Of a stretch of 64,000 bases of DNA, positions 14,020 to 28,400 are shown piece after piece. This DNA comes from Adineta vaga. Lineage: Eukaryota; Animalia; Rotifera. The stretch lies in assembly GCA_021613535.1 (NCBI GenBank), contig CP075493.1:6324001-6388000 (forward strand), read 5' to 3'. Positions within the stretch are counted from its first letter, which is position 1. Each line of letters begins with the position of its first letter. The notes beneath the pieces are model-generated. The model was given only the letters and a program-made list of their open reading frames with translations, was not told where the DNA came from and did no database searches. The translations under genes were made by a program, and so were the position numbers.

Positions 14020-15770
14020 TCGATAATGATTGTCGGCTGTCCATAAGATAAATATTAAATGAAGGACATAAAAACTACATATCTCTGTCAGATTGATTAT
14101 TGAATAACTTATTAATGACTTTGTTTTCTGTTTATTTATAGAACTCACCAGGATCAAGAGAAGATCAAGATGAAGAACAAACAATTAGTTTACAATCAAA
14201 TACAACCAATGATCAATCTTATGAGAAATTTTTTCATTCAACTCCAATGTATCATCACCTTATTGAAAAACAAGATATTACTTTACCGACATTTATTGAC
14301 AGAATCATATGTCCTTCAAACAGATACTCATCAACACATCAATCAGATGAAGGCGTTAACGAAGAAACTGCAAGAATAGGACGATTTCTACTTAATAGTA
14401 TACCAATACCATTAATTGAAGATATTCGTGAACTGTAATTTCATTTTCTTTATGTTCAATATTGAATACATCTTTGTTTCTGTTTAGTTCACCAACTCTA
14501 ACATCTAATGAATTGATATTAAGTGATACTGAATATATTATAACCGATCAAGATAATAATTATGATTCAACATACGAAGATTCACAGCGACATGAACAAC
14601 GAATTATTCAAGAACAACACGAAGGTAATTTTTGTTATTTGCTGAAAAAGAAAGCAATCGTTTAATCTTTTTTGTTTTCTCGAATAGAATTACAAAATAA
14701 TGTTCGTCGTGATTCAGCTTATTCAAGTAATCAAGAACGAATTGATGTACAACAATCATATTATGAACCTTTATTTGAATGCCATTCTGGTTATTCATTT
14801 CTACAAAGTGATTTTCTTACTCCGAATATTTCATCTGTGCAATCTACGACTGATGAAGCTTATGAATCTGAACCAACTACCATGAGTTCATCAATTGCCA
14901 CAACAACACATGTTCATCCGGATCTTGAACATGAATTTGAATATCCAGCACCTCCTCCACCTGTACCTGATCGACGTCTTAAACCTGCTCATTTAAAATC
15001 GACAACTATACCAACGAAAGCTCGAATGATTAAAAAGGATAATATCGATTCAGCTGGATATAGTGTCATTCAAAAGCCTAAACCTTCACCATTAATAGCT
15101 ATTCAACAATTAATTACTTCTACTGCGAATAATTCGACTGTTTCATCGGCTAAGACAATGAGTAGTCGACATTATTGTGGTTCAATACCAATAGCAAATG
15201 AAGTTACGCAATCCTCTCTAAATTCTTTTACTCCCGTGAAAACAAATGAACAGTCAAAAGAGAAGAAAAAAGAAAAACGAACTAGTAAAACATTGAATTG
15301 TCTACATCCTTCGACAGCTGATGAGCATAATAATAAACGCAATTTATTAGCCAAATTACCGTTACCATCATCATCGAATAAAACAAAAATTAAAAAACAA
15401 AAATTAATTACTAATATTGATGAAGCTACTAATGGTTTAGCGATTCGTTTACCAGCACCAGTGTCGAATGGGCATGATTCAATTGACAAGCAAAATCTCA
15501 ACAGGTTAATTTGACAACTTTCATTGAATTGGAGTCATAGATAGAATCGATCGATTGATTATTTTAACTTGTTGTTTGTTTTTGTATCTTCCTAGATCTT
15601 CGACACTATCTTCAAGCAAACGAACCAATGGAATGACAAAAAATCGACCACTTCCAAATAATGTATGTTATTTTTTTCGAACTTCAATTTCAATGAAAGA
15701 TCTTTTGTTCTTGTCACTTTTTTTTCAGATAAAATCAGATCGATTATCGTTCTATGAAACATCAGTTTAA
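11324..15770 (+). CDS. Uncharacterised largely disordered adaptor/scaffold-like protein, about 9 coding exons
   Basis: Exons ~11324-11747, 12617-12813, 12940-12992, 13060-13534, 14142-14434, 14488-14624, 14688-15503, 15596-15662 and 15729-15770 join with GT-AG boundaries. Contains PPPPVPDRRLKP and C-terminal ETSV. Confidence 0.7.
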
Positions 15771-16668
15771 ACATACGAATATTTCCTCGCTTTTTCTTTC
15801 TGTTGTACAGTATGTGTAATTCTAGGAACGGTATTTGATTTTTCGTTACAGTACCATGTGGTATACGAAGAATATTAAATATATACTTTGTTCTCTAGTA
15901 ATCAATCCTGTGTCGATTTTTGTTTGTAGATAATTTTCTTATTAATGATATTTTTATTTCTTGTGAAGTGTATGTTTTTCTTTTCGTTTCTTTTTTTTTA
16001 TAATATAAAGTAGATTGTGCACTGATGATGATCAAAACGAATATATCGAAAAAAAAGAAGTTTCTCTTCTTGTAAGAATTTAAGACTTTGAACTGGGAAA
16101 GAAGCACACATACAATTTTGATCAGTTAATGCTATGGAGATGAAATCAGAGATGAAGATGGTAATTTGATAGAAAGCTCTTTTGATGACATAAAACTATA
16201 TCGAACGTGTTCGTTTACATGCTGAAAAGTGCGTAATCAATGAACATGTTTTATGAGTGTTTAAACTGAAATGTGGTTATCTATGATTCTTTCAATTTCT
16301 TCAATTACAATTACGTGTATTTATCGTTTAACACTGACATCTATGTTTGTTCAAATCTACGAACAATTAATTTTACGTAAACAAAAATTTTGCGATAAAA
16401 CTTAATTTTTACACTTCATAAATAATACAGATGATTTTCATGTCGAGTTTGTCTAAGTTACCTTGACGATTTCATTTACATTACGATAATAATGACTAAA
16501 AGAAATCTGAAAAGATTCAACAAAAATATTATTTCAATTTTCAAATATGTTTTTGTTGTCGAAAATAAGTTAAAGAAAAATATCGAAAGTCCTTTTCTAT
16601 TATTAACATTTCATAGAATATTTACAGATAATTTTATTGAAAATTGAAGTTTTTCTTATTGTAACAAA

Positions 16669-17556
16669 ATGTCCGTCTATGATAGCAAAGCAAATTATCA
16701 TCCGGTGTCTGCATTACCCGGAAGTTTACCTACTGGTTAGTAAATATCGATAAAATTGTTCTTCATTTTCTTTTTAATTTGTTATTTAGGATCATATCTT
16801 CTTCCTGGCAATGGTTACTACAGGTAGTATTAAATTAGAAGATTATTTCATTAACTAACTTAACATATTTTCAACAGTGTTCAAGGACAATTACCTCGTC
16901 TTCGTTATGATTCTCAAAAGTTTTTAAACGATCCAAAATATGCCTATTCTCAAAGTTATCGAATTGATGCAATGCAAGCATTACAAAATGCAAAAAAAGG
17001 TTATTTTATCTGTAAACAATCGAATTTTTCTTTCTAATATCTTTCGAAAAAATTAGGCACAAGTTTACCACGATACTATTCATACTATCCTCATTTTGAA
17101 GCTGCACGTGAACGACATATATTTGTTCCGAAACATTATCCAAATGAAAATCCATCCTGTTATGAACATAAAGGTTTCCAACATTTCAAAGATGTATGTT
17201 TAGAATACTTCAATGATTTGTTTTTTTGTCAACTTGTTTCATATGAATTTAGCTTGCTTCGAGTACAGATAATTATGCACTTCGAAGTGTTAATACATTA
17301 CCACCACTTGATTATGTAACAATACCAAAACCGGATGCAAATGATGATACTTATCGTAGTTATCAACCACGAATGCCCTAGTAAGTTGAATTATTTATAA
17401 TGATGAATAAAACTTTTTTTCTTTTTTCTCTTGTCTAATAGCGATATGATGATGTTACGCGATGAAAATATGTATAAAACACCATATTCAAAAGATTGTA
17501 TGACTCGAAATAATTCCTATGTTTCAAGTACAACATTAGTACCACGTGGAAGTTAA
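16669..17556 (+). CDS. Uncharacterised ~200 aa Tyr/Pro-rich protein, 6 exons, absent from the ORF track
   Basis: CAAA-ATG at 16669. Exons ~16669-16735, 16790-16823, 16878-16999, 17057-17193, 17253-17381 and 17442-17556 splice into one open frame (MSVYDSKANYHPVSALPGSLPTGSYLLPGNGYYSVQGQLPRLRYDSQKF...STTLVPRGS*). AATAAA follows at ~17649. Confidence 0.75.
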
Positions 17557-18236
17557 AAAGGATAAAACAATCCTGTAATATTAAACTCTTTATATTTTCG
17601 CCTGATGAAATACATATTTTATTATTCTTGTCTTTTTTGATCGATCGAAATAAAATATACCTTAATATATATTCATATACTGTTGTACTATGGATTGAAT
17701 TTGAAAGAAAGTCGTCGAGTTGCTGTGTAGTAATAATAAAAGCCTATCTTCGAATTTCATGCATCGATTGAGTTCATTGATCTTTATAGAACATTTTTTC
17801 ATATAGATGAAACATAATTATTGCAATGACATATGAACAGATATTTAAATTGACATCGAACAAATTAATTTTTATGTTAATAACAAACATGCTATGTTTT
17901 ACATTTATACACTAGTGACCTCTATAAATCTTTGAAAATAATCATTTAATTTCGAAATTTCAACTATGAATTTTTCACTTGATTTTCTTATAAGAATAAT
18001 CTTTATATTATATTTTTAATTCCATTTTTAAATACATCAATTTATGTAGAAAACCAACATAAAATATGGACTTCGTAGAAGTAAATAAAGTACTACTGAA
18101 TAAAAAACGTAAGAGATTGGATGTCTTGTCAGTTCTAGTTTATTTATCTTTTTTTTTCTCATCGATTTATGACTAGTGTTTTACATTGCTTTGTTCTAGA
18201 CCTGTTTTAGTCTTTATATATATCTCGAATTCCAAC

Positions 18237-19038
18237 ATGACGGACAAAAAGACAGCTACATCAGCTACTAAGAAAGCTTCAGTTGCTACTAAAAAACCGG
18301 TCACAGCAACTCCAGCTGCACCAAAAGCTGAAGTATGATGAACGTTTTTTACATTCTATTCATGTTTAATTTATTTCTATCCGAATGATTTCATTAGAAA
18401 GTAGAATCAACTAAAAAACCAGCCGCTGCAACACCAACTGCAACAGCAACAACACCAGCTCCAGCAAAACCAAAGGCTACTGTACCAAGTACGAAAAAAG
18501 CAACATCATCTTTGGCTAAGACGTCGACAAAAGTTACGAAAAAATCGACAACAACAACAAAAGGTGGTGCTAAAAAGAAACATAAGGCTATTAAATATTA
18601 CATCGATTGTACACATCCAGTTGAAGATGGTATTTTTGATCTTAATGCTTTCGTACGTATTTTCGACTTTGTCTTTTCGTCGTTCATCAAAAAAGATCTT
18701 GTCCGTTTCTAGGAACGATTTTTACTTGAAAAAATGAAGATCAATGGTAAAACATCAAATTTAACTGGTAGTGTTGGTGTTGAAAAAGCCAAGTCGAAAA
18801 TATCTGTTACATCTGAAGTTCCACTTTCAAAACGGTACGAATACTTTACTAGTTTGCCATTTGCTATCAATCACAAATCTTTTTGTTATATTTTAGTTAC
18901 ATGAAATATTTAACAAAGAAATTCTTGAAGAAACATGAACTTCGTGATTGGTTACGTGTTATTGCTAATTCAAAAGATGCTTATGAATTACGCTACTTTA
19001 ATATCAATCAAGAAGAAAATGAAGGCGAAGAAGCTTAA
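18237..19038 (+). CDS. RPL22: 60S ribosomal protein L22 (eL22) with Ala/Lys/Thr/Pro-rich N-terminal extension, 4 exons
   Basis: Signature [58 protein letters not shown]. Exons 18237-18332, 18398-18652, 18713-18834, 18897-19038. Confidence 0.95.
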
Positions 19039-19583
19039 ATGAATCGATATCGAACAGCATAGAAGTTTTCTTTCTTGAACATCAAAAGAAGAAACAAGAA
19101 TAACAAGAAGAAAGATCATTTTGTAATTGTTTTTTTGTTTTGAAAAGAAAAGAAACAAAACAAAAGTTTATATAGACTTTTCTTCTTCGGTCCTTTCATA
19201 CTTAATCATATCTAACGACTTGAAATCTAACTATTAATTCACATGACAAAGTAATAATTGAAATTATCCATAGAATCTATTTTTAACTCTTTTTTACCAG
19301 ACATTGCATGTTCATTAAGTCTTCATTGTCGATTATCTTGACAGAAGTTTCCTGAAAACATTTCTTTCAACTATTCATAAGCATCAACCATTGAATCAAC
19401 TTTTAGAAATTCTTCATATTTGATTCAGTTTTAATTTATTAACATAAATAATCATCGGTATAGATAAAGAGACAAGAAAATATTCACTGTAAAATGAAAA
19501 CAATATAGATTAGAATTCACAAACTAAAGTCTTCTCGCATGAATGACTAGAAAAACAAAGAATTTTTTTCGTTGAATAGAAGA

Positions 19584-22046
19584 TCATTTCGATGAGGTTT
19601 CTCCAGTTGTAATCGTACTTATTGTTGGTGTTGTAATCGTGGGCAATTTTTTCTCATCTTTTCTATCGGATGTTTTACTATAAGCATACCACGATATTCC
19701 ACAAAATAATGCTGATAAACTTCGAAAACCAAAGCCAAGTAATGCTAATGATACAGCCATACGTTTATTATTATAATGTTTACATTGATATTTATATCCA
19801 CATGTTTCACGTATCCATGTTTTACATGTACGATCAATAATTGCACCGAAAAGTATTGTTCCTGGAAGATAACCAAGTGATTTTGTTATTGTTGATTTAA
19901 ATCCAAGTGAAAATGCTCGATGTGTTAATTCTACACTGTATAAAGTACATTTCAGTGCTGGAACAATGACACAACAAGACATAAATACAACAATAAATGC
20001 ACCACATAATGTAATTACTAAATTAATTGTACATTTACGCTCTTTACATCGTCCTAAATTCGAAATTGAGAAGATAGATATTTACAAAGAAGGAAATTAA
20101 TTGTTTAACATTAAGATGATCTTTAACAATTGTAACCTTTTCCTGTTATCAAAAGTTTAGAATGAAATTTCGTCAATCATAAGATCGAACTAGTAAAACT
20201 AACGGTTCATTAATCGTTCATGTCGAATTGTTTTTCTACTTACCAACACTGACAGTACTATTTTTTGGTAAACATAAACAATCTGCATATTTTCCTTTGA
20301 GTATTTTCCGGCAACCGAGTAAACATGGATTTTGATATGTTTCTTGATTTGCTAAATCACACACTGGTTGATAAATATTCATATCGCATTCTTAAACCAA
20401 ATAGAACTAAAAGTTTCATAATAATTGATATGAATCAACTTACTGCATTTGCGTTTGCAGGGACTTTCAATTCGATCAGTTTCAAACAAAGGTTCATCAA
20501 AGAAATCTTCATCGAATGCAGTAGAAATAACAGGCATGGAATGTGTTGTACCTAGAATAATCATTCGAATCTATTTCTGTTTATTTCAAATGAAAAACGG
20601 AAGAGTTCAAATTTTACCAATCGTTGGTTCACGACAATGAAGCATTAATCCAAGAAAAATCACAGATGATGTTGCCAAAATGATACAACAAAATTTTGCA
20701 CATTGCCGTCCATTCATATCGAATCGTTTAACAAAATATGCACCTAATGGTGTACCAAAAATAACAGAAAATAATGAAATCACTCCCATGAAAACACTTG
20801 AATGAGATGTTGTCGTTCGAAATTGATATTCAATATGTTTACTTAGAAACGCTAAGTAACCTTTGATTAACAAAGCTTCAATAACAGCACAACCAGTAAC
20901 ACCCATATAACGTAAATTGAAAAATAAATGTTTGATTAATGATATAATATCAATACAGAAATCTTTCGTTTGAACAGATTCATCTTCAGGTATACTTGAA
21001 ACTGGTTGTTCAACGGTTAATAAGGATTCATTTTGAATACCATAGGTACTTAAACTAACATTTGTTACAGATGAACTTGTACGTGATATACGTCTTTCAG
21101 TAACTGTTGAAGGTGAAAACACTTGATAGGTTGGATTAATTGATGATTGTCGAGATTTTTTCGATGAAAAATAACGACGATGACGAGTTAGATCGAAGAT
21201 ACATAAGAGAAAACAAAGAATCAAACTAAGACATGTACAAAGTGCATAGACAAGCCACCAAGCTCCAACCCATTCCGAATAATTCGGTGTTAACCAAACA
21301 GGTTTTTTGATATAAGTATAAACTTTCAAAAATTGTGATGTAGCAAGAAAACCAAGACCAATACCTATGCCACCAACGGCATAATAAATTCCTGAATAAT
21401 AAAAATGAAAATCTTTCAATAAATTCTTTCATGGATCGAATAAAAAAAACCTTGTGCAATTGGTGCTTTTTCTTGTGGAAATAAATCTTCAATTAATGTA
21501 ACAGCTAAAGTTGGAAGTGCTGCTGATCCGCATGCATTGATAATATTCGAGAGATAGAAGACATATTTTAAATGACTTAAAAATCGTAAATTATTTGAAA
21601 ATGAGCACACACTGATTGTTCGATTTGGATTACATAATGTTAAATGATCAACAACACGTGAATCTAAGGGTGGCTTGACGTTTTGATTCTAATAGATGTG
21701 GAAAAGACATAACAAGAAAACCAATTGCTAATACACCCATGGATATAGCTATCCAACGTACTTTTCGACCACTTCGATCACCAAAATAACCTATGATTGG
21801 ATACGAAAATATTGCTACAAGTTCATAGACTGATTGGAATAGTCCAGTTTCTGTTGATGTCATATAAAAACCGGATTCTAATGTTGTCATTATAGCATTA
21901 TTTGCTCCGCCAACAATAGAATTTTGAATAAGATTACAAAGACATATGAGAATAAAAATGATTTTGTTCGATAATGATATCAAATGTTTCGATTTGGTTG
22001 TTGATGAATCAACTATCATACCATCATCATCATCGTTCTTATTCAT
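19584..22046 (-). CDS. Organic anion transporting polypeptide (OATP/SLCO family) with Kazal-like loop; one apparent frameshift at ~21681-21684
   Basis: WVGAWWL signature, TTLESGF, GYLPGTILFGAIIDRTCKTW...CG...C, and Kazal-like CDMNIYQPVCD...YQNPCLLGC. The four introns found are canonical and frame-compatible. Confidence 0.88.
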
Positions 22047-22944
22047 TGTCTGATAAGTATGGAAGAATTATTTCATCTAAAGTAAAAACAAACATTGTAT
22101 CGCATTGGACGTTAGTATATAATCGACTTTCTTGCAAAGAAAAATGATGTGAGCATTAGATCATCAACAAGACAGTCAGAAGAGACGGCGATGAAAGAAA
22201 AATCTCTTACTATGTCTACTTCATAACAAGTATATTATGACTCATGTGATTGGGCGAACTCGAAGGTCTTTTCCTATGTCAGCTGTTTCTCTCGCTATTC
22301 TTTTCTAGCATACTTATTCTTTACTGTTATCTTTCTGAAAAGGATAGCATGAAATATAAGTCTACGTGATCTTGATGAGTATGTAATCGTTAGCAATTTA
22401 ATCGTAATCGTTCGACTTCATTTTTCATTGAATCTAACTTGAAAAAATGGCAAGACATTTTCGTCTATCACAATGCTCTTCTCTGCTTCACCTATTCACA
22501 AATCTTCTGACGTCAATAAGACAAATCTTACTCTTTCTTCGTCTTTGAAAATAACAATTTATGTCACTAGCTTTCCTATTCTGTTTTCTTTTTCTAAATA
22601 TTCTCACCGATGCATTTGATCAAACGATTACTTGAAGACTGTTTTTGTCATGCAATCAGGAGATGTGTTATGCATAGTAGCACCTCGGATGTAGAAAAAA
22701 ACGAACGATAATGTCAAACAGAAGTTGATTACAATGCGAAAGATACATAAATATTCATTTTTCTCTCAGAATAAAGTCCAAATTATGATTTTAAGTGTAG
22801 ACAAATAGAACAAATGCGGAAATTGCTCTTGAAAATTCTAGTATGCCATTGAGAAGAGTGCATTGAAAGTCGTTCTTTTATGGTATGATTTACTTGATAG
22901 GAAATGTTATCATATTAGTTCTGAATAGATTGATCTTGTCATTT

Positions 22945-22976
<32 letters not shown>

Positions 22977-23308
22977 TTTGAAAGCGAAAGAAAAAGATGA
23001 TAGGTACTAATAGATAATTTAAGATTCAGTCACAATGTAGTATACGTGAATGAAATAAAGGAAACTATGCGTTTTTCTTTTACAATATATATTATTAAAA
23101 CTTCATCATAGTAGATAACAACATGCGTCATAGACAAGCATAGATCGTATTTCTTCGCAATGGGTATGGAATAGAAAAAGGAGACCGAAGAAGAAAACGA
23201 CGAAGAGATTATGGATTGTATATTCTCTCTCGTTATTATCGACAATATAAACATCCAAAGTACGTCATTAATTTTGTTTTATTATTCTATATAACATCGA
23301 TGAATGTC

Positions 23309-24690
23309 TCAGGATGCTAACACAAAGAACAAACATGAAAAAATGATAAGTATTGTTGAATAATGTTGATGAGACCATGAAATACCATGATTATTTCGAA
23401 GTCCACCTATATAGGAAAATCGATGGATAGGAGAAAAAGAAAAAAAAGAAATCTTACAAGGTGCAAGTATATTTCTTGGATCATCACATCGAAGTTTACC
23501 GGCATTCCATTTTGCTCCTGATAAACATTCACCCATTTTGGTTTTACGATGTTCTGTACATAAATAATAGGATCGACATTGATTTTCATGATCAGCATAC
23601 CATCCATTTGCTTGTCCAATACCTAAGTGAAAAGAATATTATTTCTTCTTGAAGAGAAAAATCGATCGAAATTTGTACATGGATCATTCCCACGTTCATT
23701 TACTGGTCGATTTCCACAAAAAACTTTACGAAAATCATGACAAATTCGTGAATCTTCATCAAATAATTGTTTTCCTGGACAACGAATACGTGCAACTAGA
23801 TCTTCTCGACAGGCGTAATAATCTTTGAAAAGAAAAATAAATAAAGAAACAAATCACATTAGGAAATCTCTTCAAATAGCTACATTGACAATTATCTGGA
23901 TCGGGCATATTGCCTTGAAATGTACAATCGCTACTTTCAACAAGTTGAGAAATAGATGCTGTTACATATTCACTTGCAATTTTAGGAGCAATAGTAATGG
24001 ATTTCACGGTGGTTTTACGTTTTTTTGTTGGGCGTAGTTTCTTTTTTACTTCATGATTATCATAATCATCTCCATCATTATTCTCATTATGAGAATGAGA
24101 AGTTGTTTTTGTAATAACATAACTTGTTACACTTTCACTTTGTCCCCCTAGATATTATCAAAGAAGAAACAACGACATTGACAATGAAAAAGTTTCATCT
24201 TACATCCTTCAGGTGGTGTCCAACTAGGTCTTTCACCATTTTTACATTCTATATTTTTTGTTAAATCACATCGTTGATGATCAGGATCATAGGACATATC
24301 ACTACCACACCTAACAAATGTAAACTAAGAGTTATTCGATGTGTTACAACAATTAATTCTTGCAGTTAATCAAACAAGCTTTTTGTTTTAGGATATATTC
24401 ATTGAGAAAGACAAAGTCATCTTACCATCCTTCAACACTGATTCCTGTATTACAAGTATAATATCTAAAGTAAAACAGTTAAGAAAAGATTTCTTAATAA
24501 ATATTAAACATTTTACTTTTCACAATCGCTTGGATGAGGCCATCGACCATCTTTTGGACAAATAAATTCATCCGTTTTTGAAACAACATCTAATAAATCG
24601 AAAACAGTCATAACTAAATAGAATGTAAACCATGGGAAACAACTTACTGTGAATATTGATAATTAAACAAAGAAGACAAAGTTGAAGCAT
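23309..24690 (-). CDS. Secreted, probably GPI-anchored chitin-binding protein with three peritrophin-A (CBM14/ChtBD2) domains, 8 exons
   Basis: Signal MLQLCLLCLIINIH. Three Cys-patterned units: CPKDGRWPHPSDCEKYYTC...WC...YD...RCD; CTFQGNMPDPDNCQYYYAC...C...FD...IC; CIGQANGWYADHENQCRSYYLC...C...WN...CD. Hydrophobic C-terminal tail. All introns GT-AG and in frame. Confidence 0.85.
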
Positions 24691-25406
24691 GCCTATTCTC
24701 TTCATTCGAAGATAGAGAAGAATTACTTGGGATTGAACAATTGTGTTATAAGCTCAGATTGAGTAAATATTTTTACTCCCAACATTCATTGTTGATCAAA
24801 GGAGAAGATAAAGTATGTATTCAAAAACAATCCACATTTACTATCGCCCTACTTTTTTCTCCTCTTCCCGTCCGATTCGTTCACGAAAGCAGTATAAAAT
24901 GAAGTAATCTATTCGTATGCATATGTATGACCTATCGCCGAAAGCACATCCGATTGTGTAGTCTAATTATTCAAAACTAACCCCCCCCCCCTCATTGAAG
25001 CTATTTCAAACTATTTTGATCTATTTTGAAAACATGTTGATATAATAAACTTCAATGGTCATTTCTTATTCATGAAAAACAATGAAAATGACATTCTCTT
25101 ATCAACAGAATAATTACTTAAACTTGAAAATATTTCATTTAGTAGAAGAGAACAGGAATTGCTATATCCTATAAAACAAGATCGTAAATCTTTTCAGTGA
25201 TAAAAATATGTTTTCTGAGGTAATATGTTGCAATTGCTATTCGAAAAGAAACATAAATTGCACGTTGTTTTTATTGCTAAAACTATTACATCAAATATCT
25301 CGTGCAATGTTGCTTGTGTAATTTCACAATACTCGTGAAACATCATACATGTACATAAAAGTGGGACATTTGTCATATTTACGATAGACACTTTTCATAG
25401 CAAACG

Positions 25407-28400
25407 ATGGCTACATGCACGGTTGTTTCTTCTGAGGGTGATGCACCTTCTTTAGTTAAATTACGTATACCATTTCAAAATGATAAACAAAATGAGAAGT
25501 ATCTTTCACGTATTATTCTTGTTATTGATCGATCGGGATCGATGAGTGGAGGTAAAACAAATGATGGAATTTTGTTCTTATTTTTTTCATTTCAAATTAA
25601 ATAGGTCCATGGAGACAAGTTCAATCAGCGGTCAAAGCAATTCAAGAAATGAATCAAATGCTTCAACGAGATCCTAATCAAGAACCGATTGTAATTACTT
25701 ATAACGATAAGATATCAATTACGAATTTAGCTTCGATTGCTACTACAAAAGCTGAAGGTTCGACAGATTTTGTAAAAGGTATTTTTTTGTTTTGTTTATA
25801 TTAGAAATGAAAATTTTTGATTTGTTTTAATTAGCATTTGAACAAGTACGACAAACTGTGAAACAATTAGGTGTTCAAAAACGAGTTGTAATTATTTTTA
25901 TGACTGATGGTTGTGATTCATGTAATCGTCCAAATGCAATTCAAGATGCACAAACTAAATTACGAGTATTTCTAAAAAATTCTCCTACAGATTCTGTTGT
26001 ACATGTCATTGGTTATTCAGCTGAGCATGATTTAAATATGATGACAACATTGAAAAGTTTAGGTTCAACCGATGGTATCTATCGTTATGCAGAGGGTTCG
26101 GTTGGTCTTGATGAAAAATTTCGTGAACTATTTGAACTTGCCGATCTAACAGTAGAATTTTCACTCAAACTACCTGATATTAAAGAACCGATTAAAGTCA
26201 GTGGTGAAATGGTAGATTCCGATTATATCGAAGCCGAATGTTGGTTATCATTAGATCAAAATATCAAACAACCAATTGAAATTATGATTGGAACTAATAA
26301 ACATCATGCCATACCAACATATACTGAACCAGATACAATCTTTCATTTAAAAGCGTTATCAAAACGTACTGGAGAAGTAACAACACAACAGCAATTAGAT
26401 CAAATTCAAAGTGAATTACAAAATATTAAAATGTTTGGAAGTAGTGTCGGAGGAACGAAAGCAGATCGACAAATTGCAATGGAATTTCGTGCTGAACTTC
26501 AAGCACGTTTAGATGCTTTACATACTATTATGGCTGATATTGCACGAGGAACGTTAAATCAAACAGCAGCATTAGCAAAAATGAATGATTTGAGATATGC
26601 AGATAAGTAAGTTGTTCTTGTAAAAAAAATTTTTTGTGTCTTGTAAATGTGTTTCATTATCAAATAGATTTTCGAAATCATCACGTCAACGACGAATGGA
26701 TCAACGTGCTGTTCGTAATCAAGCAAGTTTGAAATTAATCGATTCTAAACTTAATGAACTTAAATTTGATGAAGAAACAGCATTTAATAATGTAGATTTA
26801 ACAACATTTACTTGTTGTTTAACATTGAATAATTGTCAAGATATGATGACCGATAGTCAAGATGATATTATGGGTGTTGGTTTAGTTGTCGAACGACAAG
26901 AACATGTAGTCGATGCACCTACATTAATCTCAGTCAAAGATGTTTCTGTAACTATTCTTTCACGTTCAGCATGTGATGATGCTATCAAAATGAAAATCAA
27001 TATTGGAGATGCTGCAAGACTTCACGGAGGTTTCATTCCATCTAAATCAAATGCACCAACAACAAGTACAAATCTCAATTTGAAAAATGCGACTCATCAA
27101 CCATCGGAATTTACTCGTGGTGTTGCTGCAGAACCTATCAATACATTTTTGCCTCTCTATATTTGTGATGCACATTTTGAACGTGTCAAAGTAATGTTAG
27201 AACCAACGCTCGGTTATCTCTTTACACTTGATATTTGTGGCTATAAAGATGATCAATTACTTGGTCTCTATTCTATTCTTGGTCAGATGATGAATGCAAG
27301 TCGACAAAATGGATCTGAACGTGAAGAAATCATTCTTCGTGAATTTACACGTCTATGTCATGGTCTTCTTCCACGAACACTTCAATATCTTGGTACAGAT
27401 AATGATTTATTGAAAAAATTTCTTGCTACTCCTAATGGTCGTAGTAAAGCTCATATTCAAAATATGATGACACTCTTTGGTTATATTCATGCATTAGGAA
27501 TTGAAACAATCGATGAAACACTTCGTTATGCTATTGTTGAAGAATTATACCGAAGACATTTTTCATATATATATCATGGTACATCAGAAAATGTTATTGC
27601 CGATCATTTGCAAGATTTACTCTATGGTACAAATGAAGATGGTGAAAATACTTCACAAGATATGGATATTAACAATCTATCCTATGTTAAAACAAAAAAT
27701 GATCGAACAAATGATGGTCATTTTGCTCAATATGCTCGATCAGTATTGAAAACAAATACAAAAAGTGTCAAAGTTCCCACTGAAGATCTTGTTATTGAAT
27801 TCGAAATACCAGAACGACCAATTAGTCCAATGAATACTAAAATTTATTCAAAAATGAATGAATTATTATCATCTTTTTCACGAAAACCAATTCAAAATGT
27901 TCTCGATCGATTAGGTATTCAGATGATGGATATTTCCAATGAACACGAATGTCTCATACTTCGATCAATGTTGGTTCAATGTCTTCGTTTTCATTCGAAT
28001 GAATCAATCAATTCTGCGATTTTAAATAAAACATTTTTCAATGCACAAACAGATTATCAAAAGATTCTTGTCGTTGCACATGAAGAATTCGATGCCAATC
28101 GTCAAAAACTAACAATAAATAAAACTGAACAAATTCGTGCTCTAGAAATAGCACGACGAGCGGTTTTAACAAATGATACTGGTGTTTTTCTTGGCAGAAT
28201 GATGGTTTATGCACCTACACGCGGTGGCAAAATTTTTGATACAATAATAAGTTTATTATTGGATCGTAGCCAAAAACAAATACCATTATTAGCAACAAAA
28301 ATAACGGTGATTTTTACCGGTCGTTATAAAGAACATAAAGATGCTGAAAAAGAATTTGATGTATTATGTAATGGTCTTGCCTGGTTTCCTGATCGTTCGA

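Noticed and set aside
24981-24991. C11 homopolymer as a G-quadruplex or regulatory element
   Set aside because: A single run with no supporting context.
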